Positions 7,803 to 17,836 of a stretch of DNA of 47,637 bases are shown in pieces (the first letter of the stretch is position 1; every line of letters begins with the position of its first letter). The DNA comes from Salinivirgaceae bacterium (GTDB lineage: Bacteria > Bacteroidota > Bacteroidia > Bacteroidales > SZUA-534), in NCBI GenBank assembly GCA_024405635.1, contig JAKSOL010000023.1:1-47637 (forward strand), in the 5' to 3' direction. The notes below the pieces were generated by a model that searched no databases, was not told the origin of the DNA, and saw only the letters and a program-made list of their open reading frames with translations. A program made the position numbers and the translations under genes.

Positions 7803-8060
7803 CTTTTCAATATCATAAAAGGCTTGTATTTTCTTAACAATGTGTAACTAGTACACTGTGTGTGTTTAATAAATTTTGCGAGAGTACAAAATTATTGATA
7901 CACAATAACATACGCGTCGGCATATTAAAAATTTATTTTTTGTTGTTAAAAAATGGTAGGTAAATGTACTAATTAGTAATGATTGGAAATTAATTGGTTC
8001 AAAATTTTAGGTATTAATCGTTTGTGAAGTTACTGTTTTACCTAGCCTTTTTAATAAGTC

Positions 8061-8558
8061 TTATTTTTCAACTAATTCAGCCAGTTTTTGAATAAGCATT
8101 TGGCCACGCAAATTCACAGCCACAATTTTTCCTTCGCCATCGAGTAGCAAGTTGCAAGGAATGCTTCGCACACCATATTGAACGGCAACGGCATTGCTCC
8201 AACCATTAAGGTCACTAACATGAGTTGGCCAATCAAGATGGTCGTCGGCAATGGCTTTGCGCCAAGCATCGGCATTAACATCGAGCGACACGCTTAGAAT
8301 TACCAAACCATCGCCTTTTTGAAACTTGCTGTCTTTAAATTGCTTGTAAGCTGCTACCACGTTTGGGTTTTCGCGACGACAAGGGCCGCACCACGATGCC
8401 CAAAAATCGAGCAAAACCATTTGTCCTCTAAATTGCGATAGGGTTATTGAGCTGCCATCGACTGCTGTTTGGGTAAAATCGGGTACCGACATGCCAATTT
8501 GTGCCGATGCGGTTGCAATGGCAAACATGGCTACAAGTGAAAGAATAATGTGTTTCAT
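8061..8558 (-). CDS. TlpA/ResA-family thiol-disulfide oxidoreductase (exported)
   Basis: Signal peptide; LLDFWASWCGPCR. Confidence 0.93.
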   Translation of the reverse strand: MKHIILSLVAMFAIATASAQIGMSVPDFTQTAVDGSSITLSQFRGQMVLLDFWASWCGPCRRENPNVVAAYKQFKDSKFQKGDGLVILSVSLDVNADAWRKAIADDHLDWPTHVSDLNGWSNAVAVQYGVRSIPCNLLLDGEGKIVAVNLRGQMLIQKLAELVEK

Positions 8559-8569
8559 GGTGGATTGTT

Positions 8570-10525
8570 TTATTTAGTTTCTATTGTCAAATTATTTGCA
8601 ATCATTCGCTCAATGTATTGTTGCAAAATGGCTTGCATGTGTTTTGTTGATGCTAATATAACACTATCGGGTAATTGTTGTTTTATATCGGTCTGCAATA
8701 GTTGGTCGCCAATAAAATTATAGGCTGCACGCATGTTTGCATCGTTGTAGAGCAACATTAAACTATCGGTAAAATACTGCACAATGCCGTTGTTGTAGTT
8801 TACTGCATAGTGGTTTTGGTAGTTTACCGTATCGAGCAAATTGTGGCCAAAAGCTACATAAGGTTTGTCGTAATTCAAATAGCCAAGAATGGTTGGCATT
8901 ATATCGATTTGTTGGGCAATGGTGTTTACATGTCCGCGTAAATCGCCATTTGGAGTATAAAAAATGATAGGCACTTTGTAGTAACCTGCATCGGTGTTGT
9001 ACTCGGGGCGAGTAAGTCCGTTGGTATGGTCGGCTGTAATTACAAACAAGGTGTTTTCAAACCATGGTTGTTGGCTGGCGTTTTCGAAAAATCGGCGCAA
9101 ACCCATGTCGCAATAGCGAATGCACTTGTGCAGCGGATGTATGCCGTCTTCGGGATAAACATCGGCATAACGAGTGGGAATGCGAAACGGATGATGGCTC
9201 GATGCTGTAAAGATGGCTGTCATAAATGGCTCGGCAAACGTTGCCATGGTATTGGCGTAAAACTGAAGGAATTCTTCGTCCCAAATAGCCCAATGGCCAT
9301 CAAAATCGGACCGATTTCCATACTCGGTCATTCCGTAATACTCTTTAAAACCCGAGATATTTGCAAAAGCCTCAAAGCCCATTGAACCGTTTGGCGCTCC
9401 GTGAAAAAACGCTGTTTGGTAGCCTTTGTTGTTCAACTCGCCTGCTATTCCACTCACACGATTATTAGAGTATGGCGATGTGAAATATGGCTCGTAAAAA
9501 CGTGGAATGCTACTTAATATCGACGGCATTGCATCAATTGATTTACGGCCGTTAGCAAAAGTGTGTTCAAATGTCAAGCCGTTTTCAACTATCGAGTCGA
9601 GAAAAGGAGTAAATCCCTTATACTCACCATTATCAGCATCTTTATTCAACGAGGCAAAAAATTCTTTGCTAAAACTTTCGAGAATTAGCACAACCACGTT
9701 CATGGGACGGAACTGTTTGGTTGTATCGGGATAAATTACAGGTTCAAACACTGCCGACATTGATTGGTAATCGGTGTAGTAGTTTGGGTTTTTATAAACT
9801 GTGTTGCCAATGGTGCGCAAAACACAAAACGGAGTGTTTAGAACAATGGCGCTCTCAATAGGTTTATCGACGTAGGCATTGGCATTGTTTAGTGAAATGG
9901 GGCGCACGTCGCGAGTAAAACCACCTCGCGCACCGCAAACTAGCAGATAAATTGCAAGAAGCATGGTGGCAGTGTGGGTTACATAGTACACTGCATGTTT
10001 TTTTTCTTGGGTTGGTTCGGCCTCAACCTTGCGCGCTGCCACAACTAAAAGTGCAATAAACAAAGCGCCAATAATGATTAAGTACCAGTTTTGGCAAGCT
10101 GCTGTAAAACAAACAGATGCAATGTTTGAATCGTTACTAAATTCGCTAAAAATGGTTACCGTTGAGCGGCGACCCGAAAAAGGAAAATAAACAGCATCGC
10201 TTAAATTTGATATAACTGAAATGGCGTTTACTACACAAAAAACCCACTTTGCAACAGATTGATAAACAGTGTTATGCCTAAAAGCAAACGGCATTACCAT
10301 CATTGCAAAATAAATAAGGTTGGTGTATAAAACTGCCGTAAGATCGAATTTTAATCCAGCACAAAACTCGCGTAAAAGTTGATTGGCAGCTATGTTGCCA
10401 AAAACATTGCTGTTTACGTACCAAAAAGTACAACGGCACAAGGTGTAAACAAACATTGCAAGCAATAGGTTAAATACCATTATTGCAACAGGCTGATTTT
10501 TAATCCATGAAATAACTTTATGCAT
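8570..10525 (-). CDS. LTA synthase/alkaline phosphatase (sulfatase) superfamily membrane protein
   Basis: N-terminal TM helices; NVVVLILESF, SSHHPF, TADH, QIDIMPT. Confidence 0.9.
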   Translation of the reverse strand: MHKVISWIKNQPVAIMVFNLLLAMFVYTLCRCTFWYVNSNVFGNIAANQLLREFCAGLKFDLTAVLYTNLIYFAMMVMPFAFRHNTVYQSVAKWVFCVVNAISVISNLSDAVYFPFSGRRSTVTIFSEFSNDSNIASVCFTAACQNWYLIIIGALFIALLVVAARKVEAEPTQEKKHAVYYVTHTATMLLAIYLLVCGARGGFTRDVRPISLNNANAYVDKPIESAIVLNTPFCVLRTIGNTVYKNPNYYTDYQSMSAVFEPVIYPDTTKQFRPMNVVVLILESFSKEFFASLNKDADNGEYKGFTPFLDSIVENGLTFEHTFANGRKSIDAMPSILSSIPRFYEPYFTSPYSNNRVSGIAGELNNKGYQTAFFHGAPNGSMGFEAFANISGFKEYYGMTEYGNRSDFDGHWAIWDEEFLQFYANTMATFAEPFMTAIFTASSHHPFRIPTRYADVYPEDGIHPLHKCIRYCDMGLRRFFENASQQPWFENTLFVITADHTNGLTRPEYNTDAGYYKVPIIFYTPNGDLRGHVNTIAQQIDIMPTILGYLNYDKPYVAFGHNLLDTVNYQNHYAVNYNNGIVQYFTDSLMLLYNDANMRAAYNFIGDQLLQTDIKQQLPDSVILASTKHMQAILQQYIERMIANNLTIETK

Positions 10526-10573
10526 GTCAGCGGCTTGTTTTTTTATTTTCCTGTAAAGTAGTTGTTATTCATT

Positions 10574-10604
10574 AAAAAGGCGAGAGTTGTTTAGTCCCTC
10601 GCCT
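10574..10604 (-). terminator. Intrinsic terminator after pyrF
   Basis: aggcgag...ctcgcct hairpin with an A-run on the + strand. Confidence 0.6.
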
Positions 10605-10633
10605 CCATTTATCTAACAAACAAATAATTCAAA

Positions 10634-11446
10634 TTAAAGATACTTTGCCATATCGTCGGCCACTTGTTTGGCTGCGGCACGAGCTGCTGCTGCAAAGTTT
10701 TCGGTATTGTCGGCATAAATAATTGCGCGGCTTGAGTTAACCAACAAACCGCATTGGCTATTCATTCCATATTTACAAACTTCGTCAAGCGAACCACCTT
10801 GTGCACCAATACCTGGAACAAGTAAGAAGTGATTAGGAGCCACGCGGCGAATGTCTTCAAACATACGGCCTTGTGTTGCGCCCACAACATACATCATGTT
10901 CTCGTCGGTTGCCCATTGTTGGCTAGTACGTATCACTTTTTCGAACAAACGCTCGCCATTTGTATCGGTAGTTAACTGAAAATCTTGCGAACCTTTGTTT
11001 GAGGTAAGAGCAAGCAAAATAACCCATTTGCCATCGTAGCCAAGAAATGGAGTAACCGAATCTTCGCCCATATATGGAGCAATAGTAACAGCATCAACAT
11101 TCATTTGCTCAAAGAACGATTGGGCATACATTTTTGATGTATTTCCAATGTCGCCACGTTTTGCATCGGCAATAATAAATTGGTCGGGATAATTTGCTTT
11201 AAGGTAAGCTATTGTTTTATCGAGCGACTGAAGGCCTTTAATGCCCATAGCCTCGTAAAATGCAAGGTTTGGTTTGTAAGCAACACAATAGTCGGCAGTA
11301 GCATCAATAATTGCCTTGTTGAAAGCAAAAACTGGATCGTCGTCGGCCAAAAGGTGTTGTGGAATTTTTTTCAAATCGGTATCAAGACCAACGCAAAGAA
11401 ACGAGTGTTTGCGTTTTATGTTAGCATACAATTCTGCCTTATTCAT
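10634..11446 (-). CDS. pyrF: Orotidine-5'-phosphate decarboxylase
   Basis: [41 protein letters not shown]. Confidence 0.97.
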   Translation of the reverse strand: MNKAELYANIKRKHSFLCVGLDTDLKKIPQHLLADDDPVFAFNKAIIDATADYCVAYKPNLAFYEAMGIKGLQSLDKTIAYLKANYPDQFIIADAKRGDIGNTSKMYAQSFFEQMNVDAVTIAPYMGEDSVTPFLGYDGKWVILLALTSNKGSQDFQLTTDTNGERLFEKVIRTSQQWATDENMMYVVGATQGRMFEDIRRVAPNHFLLVPGIGAQGGSLDEVCKYGMNSQCGLLVNSSRAIIYADNTENFAAAARAAAKQVADDMAKYL

Positions 11447-11478
11447 AGTTTTTATCGTTTTAATGCTTTAATAATCAA

Positions 11479-12588
11479 TTACATACCCGATTCTTTCATT
11501 CGTTCGGCATTTTCGGCCATTGTAAGTTGGTCGATGCAATCTTGAATGTCGCCATCCATAAAAGCGGGCAAGTTATAAATGGTATAGTTGATGCGGTGAT
11601 CGGTAATACGACCTTGTGGGTAATTGTAGGTGCGAATTTTAGCCGAACGGTCGCCGGTTGATACCATGGTTTTACGTCGCGATGCAATGTCGTCAACGTA
11701 TTTTTGGTGCTCTTTGTCGTAGATGAAAGTACGCAAACGAGCCAAAGCACGCTCTTTGTTCTTTGGTTGGTCGCGAGTTTCGGTACACTCAATCAAAATC
11801 TCCTCAACGGTACCGTTAATTGGGTTTTTCCAGTTGTAGCGCAAACGTACACCCGACTCAACCTTGTTCACGTTCTGACCACCAGCACCACTTGAGCGGA
11901 AGGTATCCCATTTAATTTCACCCTCGTTAATTTGAACGTCAAACTCGTCGGCCTCGGGCAACACTGCTACAGTTGCTGCTGAAGTGTGAACGCGTCCTTG
12001 AGTTTCGGTAGCTGGTACACGTTGTACGCGGTGAACACCCGATTCGTATTTCAATGTTCCATAAACTTTGCTGCCTGTTACCGAACAAATAATCTCTTTG
12101 TAACCACCCGCTGCGCCCTCAGTAAAACTCGATACTTCAAGTTTCCAACCTTTGGTTTCGCAATATTTAGAGTACATGCGGAAAAGGTCGCCAGCAAAAA
12201 TAGCAGCCTCGTCGCCACCAGTTCCACCACGAATTTCAAGAATAGCGTTTTTGTCGTCCTCAGGATCTTGAGGTAAAAGAAGAATTTTTATTTCCTCCTC
12301 TATTGCAGATTGCTGAGGTTCAAGAGTATCGAGTTCGGCTTTGGCCATTTCGCGCATCTCTTCGTCCTTTTCGGTTGCAAGAATGTTTCGCGCATCGTCG
12401 ATATTGCTTAACAGATTGGTGTAACGTTTGTAAGCATCAACTAGCGGCTCCATTTGGCGGTAGTCTTTGTTTAGGTTTACAAAGCGTTTTACATCGGCAA
12501 TTACATCAGGGTCGGTCAGTTGTTGCGATGTTTCCTCAAAACGGATTTTAACCGCCTCAAGTTTTTCAAGAATCATATTATTGGCCAT
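11479..12588 (-). CDS. prfA: Peptide chain release factor 1
   Basis: GGQ motif, PAT (PxT) motif in VQRVPATETQGRVHTS, IRTYNYPQGR. Confidence 0.97.
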   Translation of the reverse strand: MANNMILEKLEAVKIRFEETSQQLTDPDVIADVKRFVNLNKDYRQMEPLVDAYKRYTNLLSNIDDARNILATEKDEEMREMAKAELDTLEPQQSAIEEEIKILLLPQDPEDDKNAILEIRGGTGGDEAAIFAGDLFRMYSKYCETKGWKLEVSSFTEGAAGGYKEIICSVTGSKVYGTLKYESGVHRVQRVPATETQGRVHTSAATVAVLPEADEFDVQINEGEIKWDTFRSSGAGGQNVNKVESGVRLRYNWKNPINGTVEEILIECTETRDQPKNKERALARLRTFIYDKEHQKYVDDIASRRKTMVSTGDRSAKIRTYNYPQGRITDHRINYTIYNLPAFMDGDIQDCIDQLTMAENAERMKESGM

Positions 12589-12610
12589 AACCTTGCAGTA
12601 TCAAAAAAAA

Positions 12611-13780
12611 TTAGTATTCAAATGTTCCAAATTGGCTTTTAATGGTAAGATGCTTATGGTTGTCGGCCTCTACGCGACCAACAATTCTACCCTCAACATT
12701 GTATTTAGCGGCAATGTCGATAATTTTTTGGCCCTCACCTTTTGGTACATAGAACTCAAAACGATGTCCCATGTTAAACACTTTGTACATCTCTTTCCAA
12801 TCGGTGCCAGAGTTCTTTTGAATAAGGTCAAACAAAGGAGGAACGTCAAACATATTATCTTTAACAATGTGAACGTCTTTCACAAAGTTCATCACTTTAG
12901 TTTGAGCACCGCCCGAACAATGAATCATTCCATGAACAATGTTGCGATTTGTACGTAACACGTCGGCCACAATAGGAGCATAGGTACGTGTTGGCGAAAG
13001 AACCAGCTTTCCTGCATCGATGCCCAAACCCTCAATAGCTTGAGTAAGCTGGCATTGGCCCGAGTAAACCAACTCGTTTGGAACGGCATTGTCGTAACTT
13101 TCAGGATATTTTTGAGCTAAGTATTTTGCAAAAACATCGTGGCGTGCCGAGGTTAAACCATTGCTACCCATGCCGCCATTGTACTCTTGCTCGTAGGTTG
13201 CTTGGCCAAACGATGCCAAACCAACAATTTCGTCGCCAGCTTGAATTTGCGAGTTGTCGATAATGTCGCTGCGGCGTGCGCGGGCTGTTACAGTTGAGTC
13301 AACAATAATTGTACGAACCAAGTCGCCTACATCGGCAGTTTCGCCACCGGTGAATATGGTGTTTACACCAAGTTTGCGCAATTGTTCAAGCACCGATTCG
13401 GTTCCTTGAATAACAGCTGCAATAACTTCGCCTGGCACCAATCGTTTGTTGCGACCTATGGTAGAACTAACAAGAATATTATCGGTAATGCCTACACAAA
13501 GCAGGTCGTCAATGTTCATAATAATAGCATCTTGTGCAATGCCACGCCACACATTAAGGTCGCCTGTTTCGCGCCAATACATGTATGCTAACGATGATTT
13601 TGTACCGGCACCATCGGCGTGCATAATGTTGCAAAATTGTGGGTCGCCACCCAAATAGTCGGGAATGATTTTGCAGAAAGCATTAGGGAAAATGCCTTTG
13701 TCAAGATTCTTGATTGCGTTGTGTACATCTTCTTTCGATGCCGAAACACCGCGTGCGTCGTAACGTGAGCTGTTGTTCAT
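12611..13780 (-). CDS. purM: Phosphoribosylformylglycinamidine cyclo-ligase (AIR synthase, Bacteroidota type)
   Basis: RGVSASKEDVH, HADGAGTKS, GGETADVGD, FNMGHR. Confidence 0.93.
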   Translation of the reverse strand: MNNSSRYDARGVSASKEDVHNAIKNLDKGIFPNAFCKIIPDYLGGDPQFCNIMHADGAGTKSSLAYMYWRETGDLNVWRGIAQDAIIMNIDDLLCVGITDNILVSSTIGRNKRLVPGEVIAAVIQGTESVLEQLRKLGVNTIFTGGETADVGDLVRTIIVDSTVTARARRSDIIDNSQIQAGDEIVGLASFGQATYEQEYNGGMGSNGLTSARHDVFAKYLAQKYPESYDNAVPNELVYSGQCQLTQAIEGLGIDAGKLVLSPTRTYAPIVADVLRTNRNIVHGMIHCSGGAQTKVMNFVKDVHIVKDNMFDVPPLFDLIQKNSGTDWKEMYKVFNMGHRFEFYVPKGEGQKIIDIAAKYNVEGRIVGRVEADNHKHLTIKSQFGTFEY

Positions 13781-13888
13781 TTTATTATTAGTTAGCCGTT
13801 TTATGCGGCAAAATTAGTTATTAGTTTTCGTTTAGAAATATTTGTATTGGTTTGCTTATATGCTGGTTTTCAACAGTTTTTTTATGGT

Positions 13889-14869
13889 TTAGTAATAAAT
13901 AACCACAACTAAGGCTGCGGCAATAACTATTAAAAAAAGCATCTCGCTCCAAAATTTGGTGTTTAGTCCGTTTATGTATGTTGCCATTATAAATGCCAAG
14001 CCAAACGCTGCAAGCAACAAACACGAATAACTAGCGCTTGGCACTATAAAGAATGCTAATGCCACCAATAATATGGTACACATTTCAACGCTGTAGTATT
14101 TGCGTGTTATTACTTTGCTAAACGATAGCGAGCGCTGTCCAATCATAATGGCCACAATCACTTTAAGCAGCAAAAAACCACCTGCTATAATAACTGGCAG
14201 TGTTAAATTCAAATGAATGTTGCGGTTGATTGCTAAGCTTGCAAACTCATTTACAAACACACTCGTTTGGTCGGTCATAAACAAGTAGTAGAAGTAAAAA
14301 CCTATTGGAACCACCACTCCGATGATTGGCGACACCAACTCGCGCAAGTTAAAATAGCGCAACTGCAAACAAGCAAACATCAACAATACTACAAGCACAA
14401 ATGTTGGTGTGTAGAACAACACTCCCAAGCCTAACCAAAATCCGCTTAAAAAGAATCGACCCATTTGGTTGTATTGCTGAATGTCGCTATTCAAAGCATA
14501 GTTAAGTGCTACTATTAAAAAGAAATTGGCAATTGCCACAGGCAACACGTCGCAAAATGGAGTAAACATTGCCATTGCAAAAACGTAGAAGAATTGTGGC
14601 AATGTACTTTGCGATTCGGTTATCATGTGGTGCATGTTCATTCGCTGAACAATAACCGACTCAACAAGTACTAACACCAAAGCAGCTATTTGCGCCTGAT
14701 GTATATTGCTGAAACAAAGAGCACTCAACTGTGAGTATAGTTGTGTTCCCTCAGTTACCACTGGCGCCCAGTTTGGGTTGAGCAATGTGGGCAACCACAA
14801 CAAAACACCCATAACTATTGTTATGAGAATTGTTATTGGGTGACCGTATTTATAAAGTCGGAGTAGCAT
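13889..14869 (-). CDS. Polytopic membrane protein (DUF6427-like)
   Basis: Many hydrophobic segments; located just downstream of purD, as I recall for this family in Bacteroidota. Confidence 0.7.
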   Translation of the reverse strand: MLLRLYKYGHPITILITIVMGVLLWLPTLLNPNWAPVVTEGTQLYSQLSALCFSNIHQAQIAALVLVLVESVIVQRMNMHHMITESQSTLPQFFYVFAMAMFTPFCDVLPVAIANFFLIVALNYALNSDIQQYNQMGRFFLSGFWLGLGVLFYTPTFVLVVLLMFACLQLRYFNLRELVSPIIGVVVPIGFYFYYLFMTDQTSVFVNEFASLAINRNIHLNLTLPVIIAGGFLLLKVIVAIMIGQRSLSFSKVITRKYYSVEMCTILLVALAFFIVPSASYSCLLLAAFGLAFIMATYINGLNTKFWSEMLFLIVIAAALVVVIYY

Positions 14870-14872
14870 ACG

Positions 14873-16150
14873 TTAGTATTTTTTAAGGTCTTGACCAATG
14901 TCGCGGCGGAAATAAGCTCCCTCGTATTTTATGCCTTCAATTGTGGCATACGATTTGTCGAGCGCATTTTGAATGCCGTTGCCCAACGATGTGATAGCCA
15001 ACACACGTCCACCTGCTGTAACAACATCGGAGCCATTAAGTTTAGTTCCAGCATGAAACACAATGCTCTCGCCTTTTTGGTCGGTTCCAGTAATGGCAAA
15101 ACCTTTTTGGTAATCGCCAGGATATCCACCTGAAACCATAACTACTGTTATTGCAGTTTGATTGACAGCCTTAGCAGTTACTTTACTAAGTTCGCCATTG
15201 CTTGCAGCAACAAATAGTTCGAGCAAATCAGCATCAAGGCGTGGAATAACAACCTCTGTTTCAGGGTCTCCCATGCGCACATTGTACTCAATAACGTAAG
15301 GGTCGCCTCCGCAATTGATAAGGCCAAAGAACACAAATCCGGTGTATTTTATTCCATCGGCATTAATGCCTTTAATTGTTGGCTCAATGATGCGCGAAAT
15401 AACTTTTTGTTTGAATTCTGGAGTACAGAATGGAACAGGCGAAACGGCACCCATACCACCAGTGTTTGGTCCGCTATCTTGCTCGCCAATACGTTTGTAG
15501 TCTTTAGCCTCAGGCAAAAGAACGTAATCTTTTCCATCGGTAAGAACAAAGAACGACACCTCGATTCCCGAAAGGAATTCCTCAATAACCACTTTAGCCG
15601 ATGCTGCGCCAAACTGGCCGTTAAGCATCTCTTCAAGCGAATCTTGAGCCTCTTTAAGGTCGTTAATAATAAGCACACCTTTACCTGCTGCAAGGCCATC
15701 GGCTTTAAGCACATAAGGAGCTTTTAGTGTTGCAAGGAATTGTTTACCAGCCTCAACGGTTTCTTTTGTAAAACTTTGGTATGCAGCTGTTGGAATGTTG
15801 TGGCGTTGCATAAATTGTTTTGCATACTCTTTGCTACCCTCAAGTTGAGCACCTTCGCCACTTGGACCAATAACTTTTATATCGGCAAGTTGAGCATCGT
15901 TGGCAAAAAAGTCGCTAATGCCACGCACAAGTGGCTCTTCAGGACCTACAACTACCATGTTTACGTTGTTTTGAAGAACAAAGGTTTTAATGGCTTCAAA
16001 ATCTTTAACATCAATAGCCACGTTGGTTCCCACGTTTGCGGTTCCGGCATTTCCGGGTGCAATAAATAGGTTGTCAATTAGTTTGCTTTGGCTAACCTTC
16101 CAAGCAATTGCGTGCTCGCGTCCACCCGAGCCAATTATCAGTACATTCAT
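14873..16150 (-). CDS. purD: Phosphoribosylamine-glycine ligase
   Basis: GSGGREHA, APGNAG, KADGLAAGKGV, GPNTGGMG, RMGDPE. Confidence 0.98.
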   Translation of the reverse strand: MNVLIIGSGGREHAIAWKVSQSKLIDNLFIAPGNAGTANVGTNVAIDVKDFEAIKTFVLQNNVNMVVVGPEEPLVRGISDFFANDAQLADIKVIGPSGEGAQLEGSKEYAKQFMQRHNIPTAAYQSFTKETVEAGKQFLATLKAPYVLKADGLAAGKGVLIINDLKEAQDSLEEMLNGQFGAASAKVVIEEFLSGIEVSFFVLTDGKDYVLLPEAKDYKRIGEQDSGPNTGGMGAVSPVPFCTPEFKQKVISRIIEPTIKGINADGIKYTGFVFFGLINCGGDPYVIEYNVRMGDPETEVVIPRLDADLLELFVAASNGELSKVTAKAVNQTAITVVMVSGGYPGDYQKGFAITGTDQKGESIVFHAGTKLNGSDVVTAGGRVLAITSLGNGIQNALDKSYATIEGIKYEGAYFRRDIGQDLKKY

Positions 16151-16159
16151 AATTTGTTG

Positions 16160-16912
16160 TTATTGTGCGTTTTCAAATAGTTTCAATATTTTCTGTAAAT
16201 CTTCAGGTGTATCAACCGACAAACCTTCGTCGCTTGTAACTGCGGTAAGTATGTTGTAACCGTTTTCGAGCCAGCGCAATTGCTCTAGCGATTCGGCTAT
16301 CTCCAACGAGCTTTTAGGCAATTTGGTAAGTTCAAGTAGTGTGTCTTTTCGGTAACCGTACATACCAATGTGTTGGTAAAAGGCATGTTTACCTAACCAA
16401 TCTTTGGCCTCGCAGCCACGAATGTGTGGAATGGTTTGGCGACTAAACAGCAAAGCTTTTCCGTTTGCGTCAACCACCACTTTTGGTTTGTTAGGATTAA
16501 AAAGAGTTTCTTCGTCGTCAACTGGTTTAATAAGCGTTGCTATTTGAGCATCGGCATTATCAAAGATTGATGCCAATAAGTTAATTTGCTTTTCGGCAAT
16601 AAAAGGTTCGTCGCCTTGAATGTTTATTACCACATCAACTTTAACTCCATATTCGGCCTCGTACTTTACGGCTGCCTCGGCACAACGGTCGGTGCCACTT
16701 GGGTGTTGGTCCGATGTCATTACAACTTTGCCACCAAAACTTTTAACGGCATCAAATATGCGTTTATCATCGGTTGCAACTACCACATGCTCAAGCGCTT
16801 TGCTGGCTTGCTCAAACACACGCTGAACCATGTACTTGCCTTTAATATCGACTAATGGTTTGCCCGGGAAGCGCGACGATGCATAACGCGCAGGAATTAT
16901 TCCTAAAATCAT
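16160..16912 (-). CDS. kdsB: 3-deoxy-manno-octulosonate cytidylyltransferase
   Basis: IPARYASSRFPGKPL, NIQGDEP, ESLEQLRWLENG. Confidence 0.97.
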   Translation of the reverse strand: MILGIIPARYASSRFPGKPLVDIKGKYMVQRVFEQASKALEHVVVATDDKRIFDAVKSFGGKVVMTSDQHPSGTDRCAEAAVKYEAEYGVKVDVVINIQGDEPFIAEKQINLLASIFDNADAQIATLIKPVDDEETLFNPNKPKVVVDANGKALLFSRQTIPHIRGCEAKDWLGKHAFYQHIGMYGYRKDTLLELTKLPKSSLEIAESLEQLRWLENGYNILTAVTSDEGLSVDTPEDLQKILKLFENAQ

Positions 16913-16929
16913 TTTTGCAAAAATTTTTA

Positions 16930-17017
16930 CAAAGGTAGAAAGTCAAAAAGACAATTAAAAATTTATGAAGATGCAATAAACGAAAAACCAACATTGATAA
17001 ACGAAATGCTACCTTTG
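16930..17017. promoter_or_regulatory. Divergent -7 elements (TACCTTTG on - at 16930-16937; TACCTTTG on + at 17010-17017)
   Basis: Both match TAnnTTTG just upstream of kdsB and the porin gene. Confidence 0.6.
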
Positions 17018-17041
17018 CCGCACACCTAAAATTCTATTTTT

Positions 17042-17710
17042 ATGAAAAAACTACTTATGCTTGCGTTGTGCGCTTTGCTTTTTGTGCCTAGCACTTATGC
17101 AAAATCGCTACGCGACAAAAAAGAACAAGGTCTTAAACTCGATGGCCACGCTGGCATTAGTTTAAGCACTGTATCGCGCTCGCTTGACAGCAAAAACGAA
17201 ATGGCAAATTTTATTGTTGGTCCCAAATTAGGACTTGGCGCATCGTATGCTTTTATTAAAAAACTATCGGTTAAAGCCGAATTAAATTACGTGCAACGTG
17301 GTTTTGCCGATGATCATAACACTTGGCTACACTCTGAAAGCGGCCGAACAACCACCCGCATTCATAACATTGAAGTGCCTGTAATGCTATCGTGGCGCAA
17401 CCAAGTGAACGACAATGTATCGATGCACTTTGGCGGTGGTGCTTTCTTTGCTTACGGTTTTAAGGGCAACACTGTCACCAATTTTAAAGATGGCCTTGAA
17501 AAAGACAAACTTAACTACGACACTTTTGAAATTGGCAAACTATCACACAACAACTGCGGTTTGGCGCTCGATTTTAGTTTGATGTATCAAAAAACTTTTG
17601 TTGGCATACGCTACAATTTAGGTCTTTCAAACATGAGCGACAATAGTAAATTGGACTTAAAAATGAAAAGCCACGCTATTGATTTTTGCATAGGCTACCG
17701 ATTCAAATAG
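17042..17710 (+). CDS. Outer-membrane beta-barrel (porin family/PorT-like) protein
   Basis: Signal peptide, ELNYVQRG, IEVPVML, RYNLGLSN, C-terminal GYRFK. Confidence 0.8.
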   Translation: MKKLLMLALCALLFVPSTYAKSLRDKKEQGLKLDGHAGISLSTVSRSLDSKNEMANFIVGPKLGLGASYAFIKKLSVKAELNYVQRGFADDHNTWLHSESGRTTTRIHNIEVPVMLSWRNQVNDNVSMHFGGGAFFAYGFKGNTVTNFKDGLEKDKLNYDTFEIGKLSHNNCGLALDFSLMYQKTFVGIRYNLGLSNMSDNSKLDLKMKSHAIDFCIGYRFK

Positions 17711-17731
17711 CATTTACAACTATAAAAATAC

Positions 17732-17765
17732 AAGCCGTTGGCACAAGTTGCTGACGGCTTTTTTT
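17732..17765 (+). terminator. Intrinsic terminator
   Basis: aagccgttggca-caagt-tgctgacggctt followed by a T-run. Confidence 0.75.
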
Positions 17766-17836
17766 GGCTTCAACATAAAAACACAACCACTTATGTATTG
17801 TGCTATATTTGCAGGCTTAATAAAAAAGAGAGCCGC

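Noticed and set aside
8570-10525. LTA synthase in a Gram-negative organism as an anomaly
   Set aside because: This sulfatase-fold family is routinely present in Bacteroidota.
11790-11845. Insertion in RF1 after the GGQ loop (YNWKNPINGTVEEI)
   Set aside because: I recall it as a common feature of Bacteroidales RF1, not specific to this locus.
17738-17836. Upstream TTG start for dxs
   Set aside because: It overlaps a terminator and the -7 box; ATG 17837 fits the family N-terminus.
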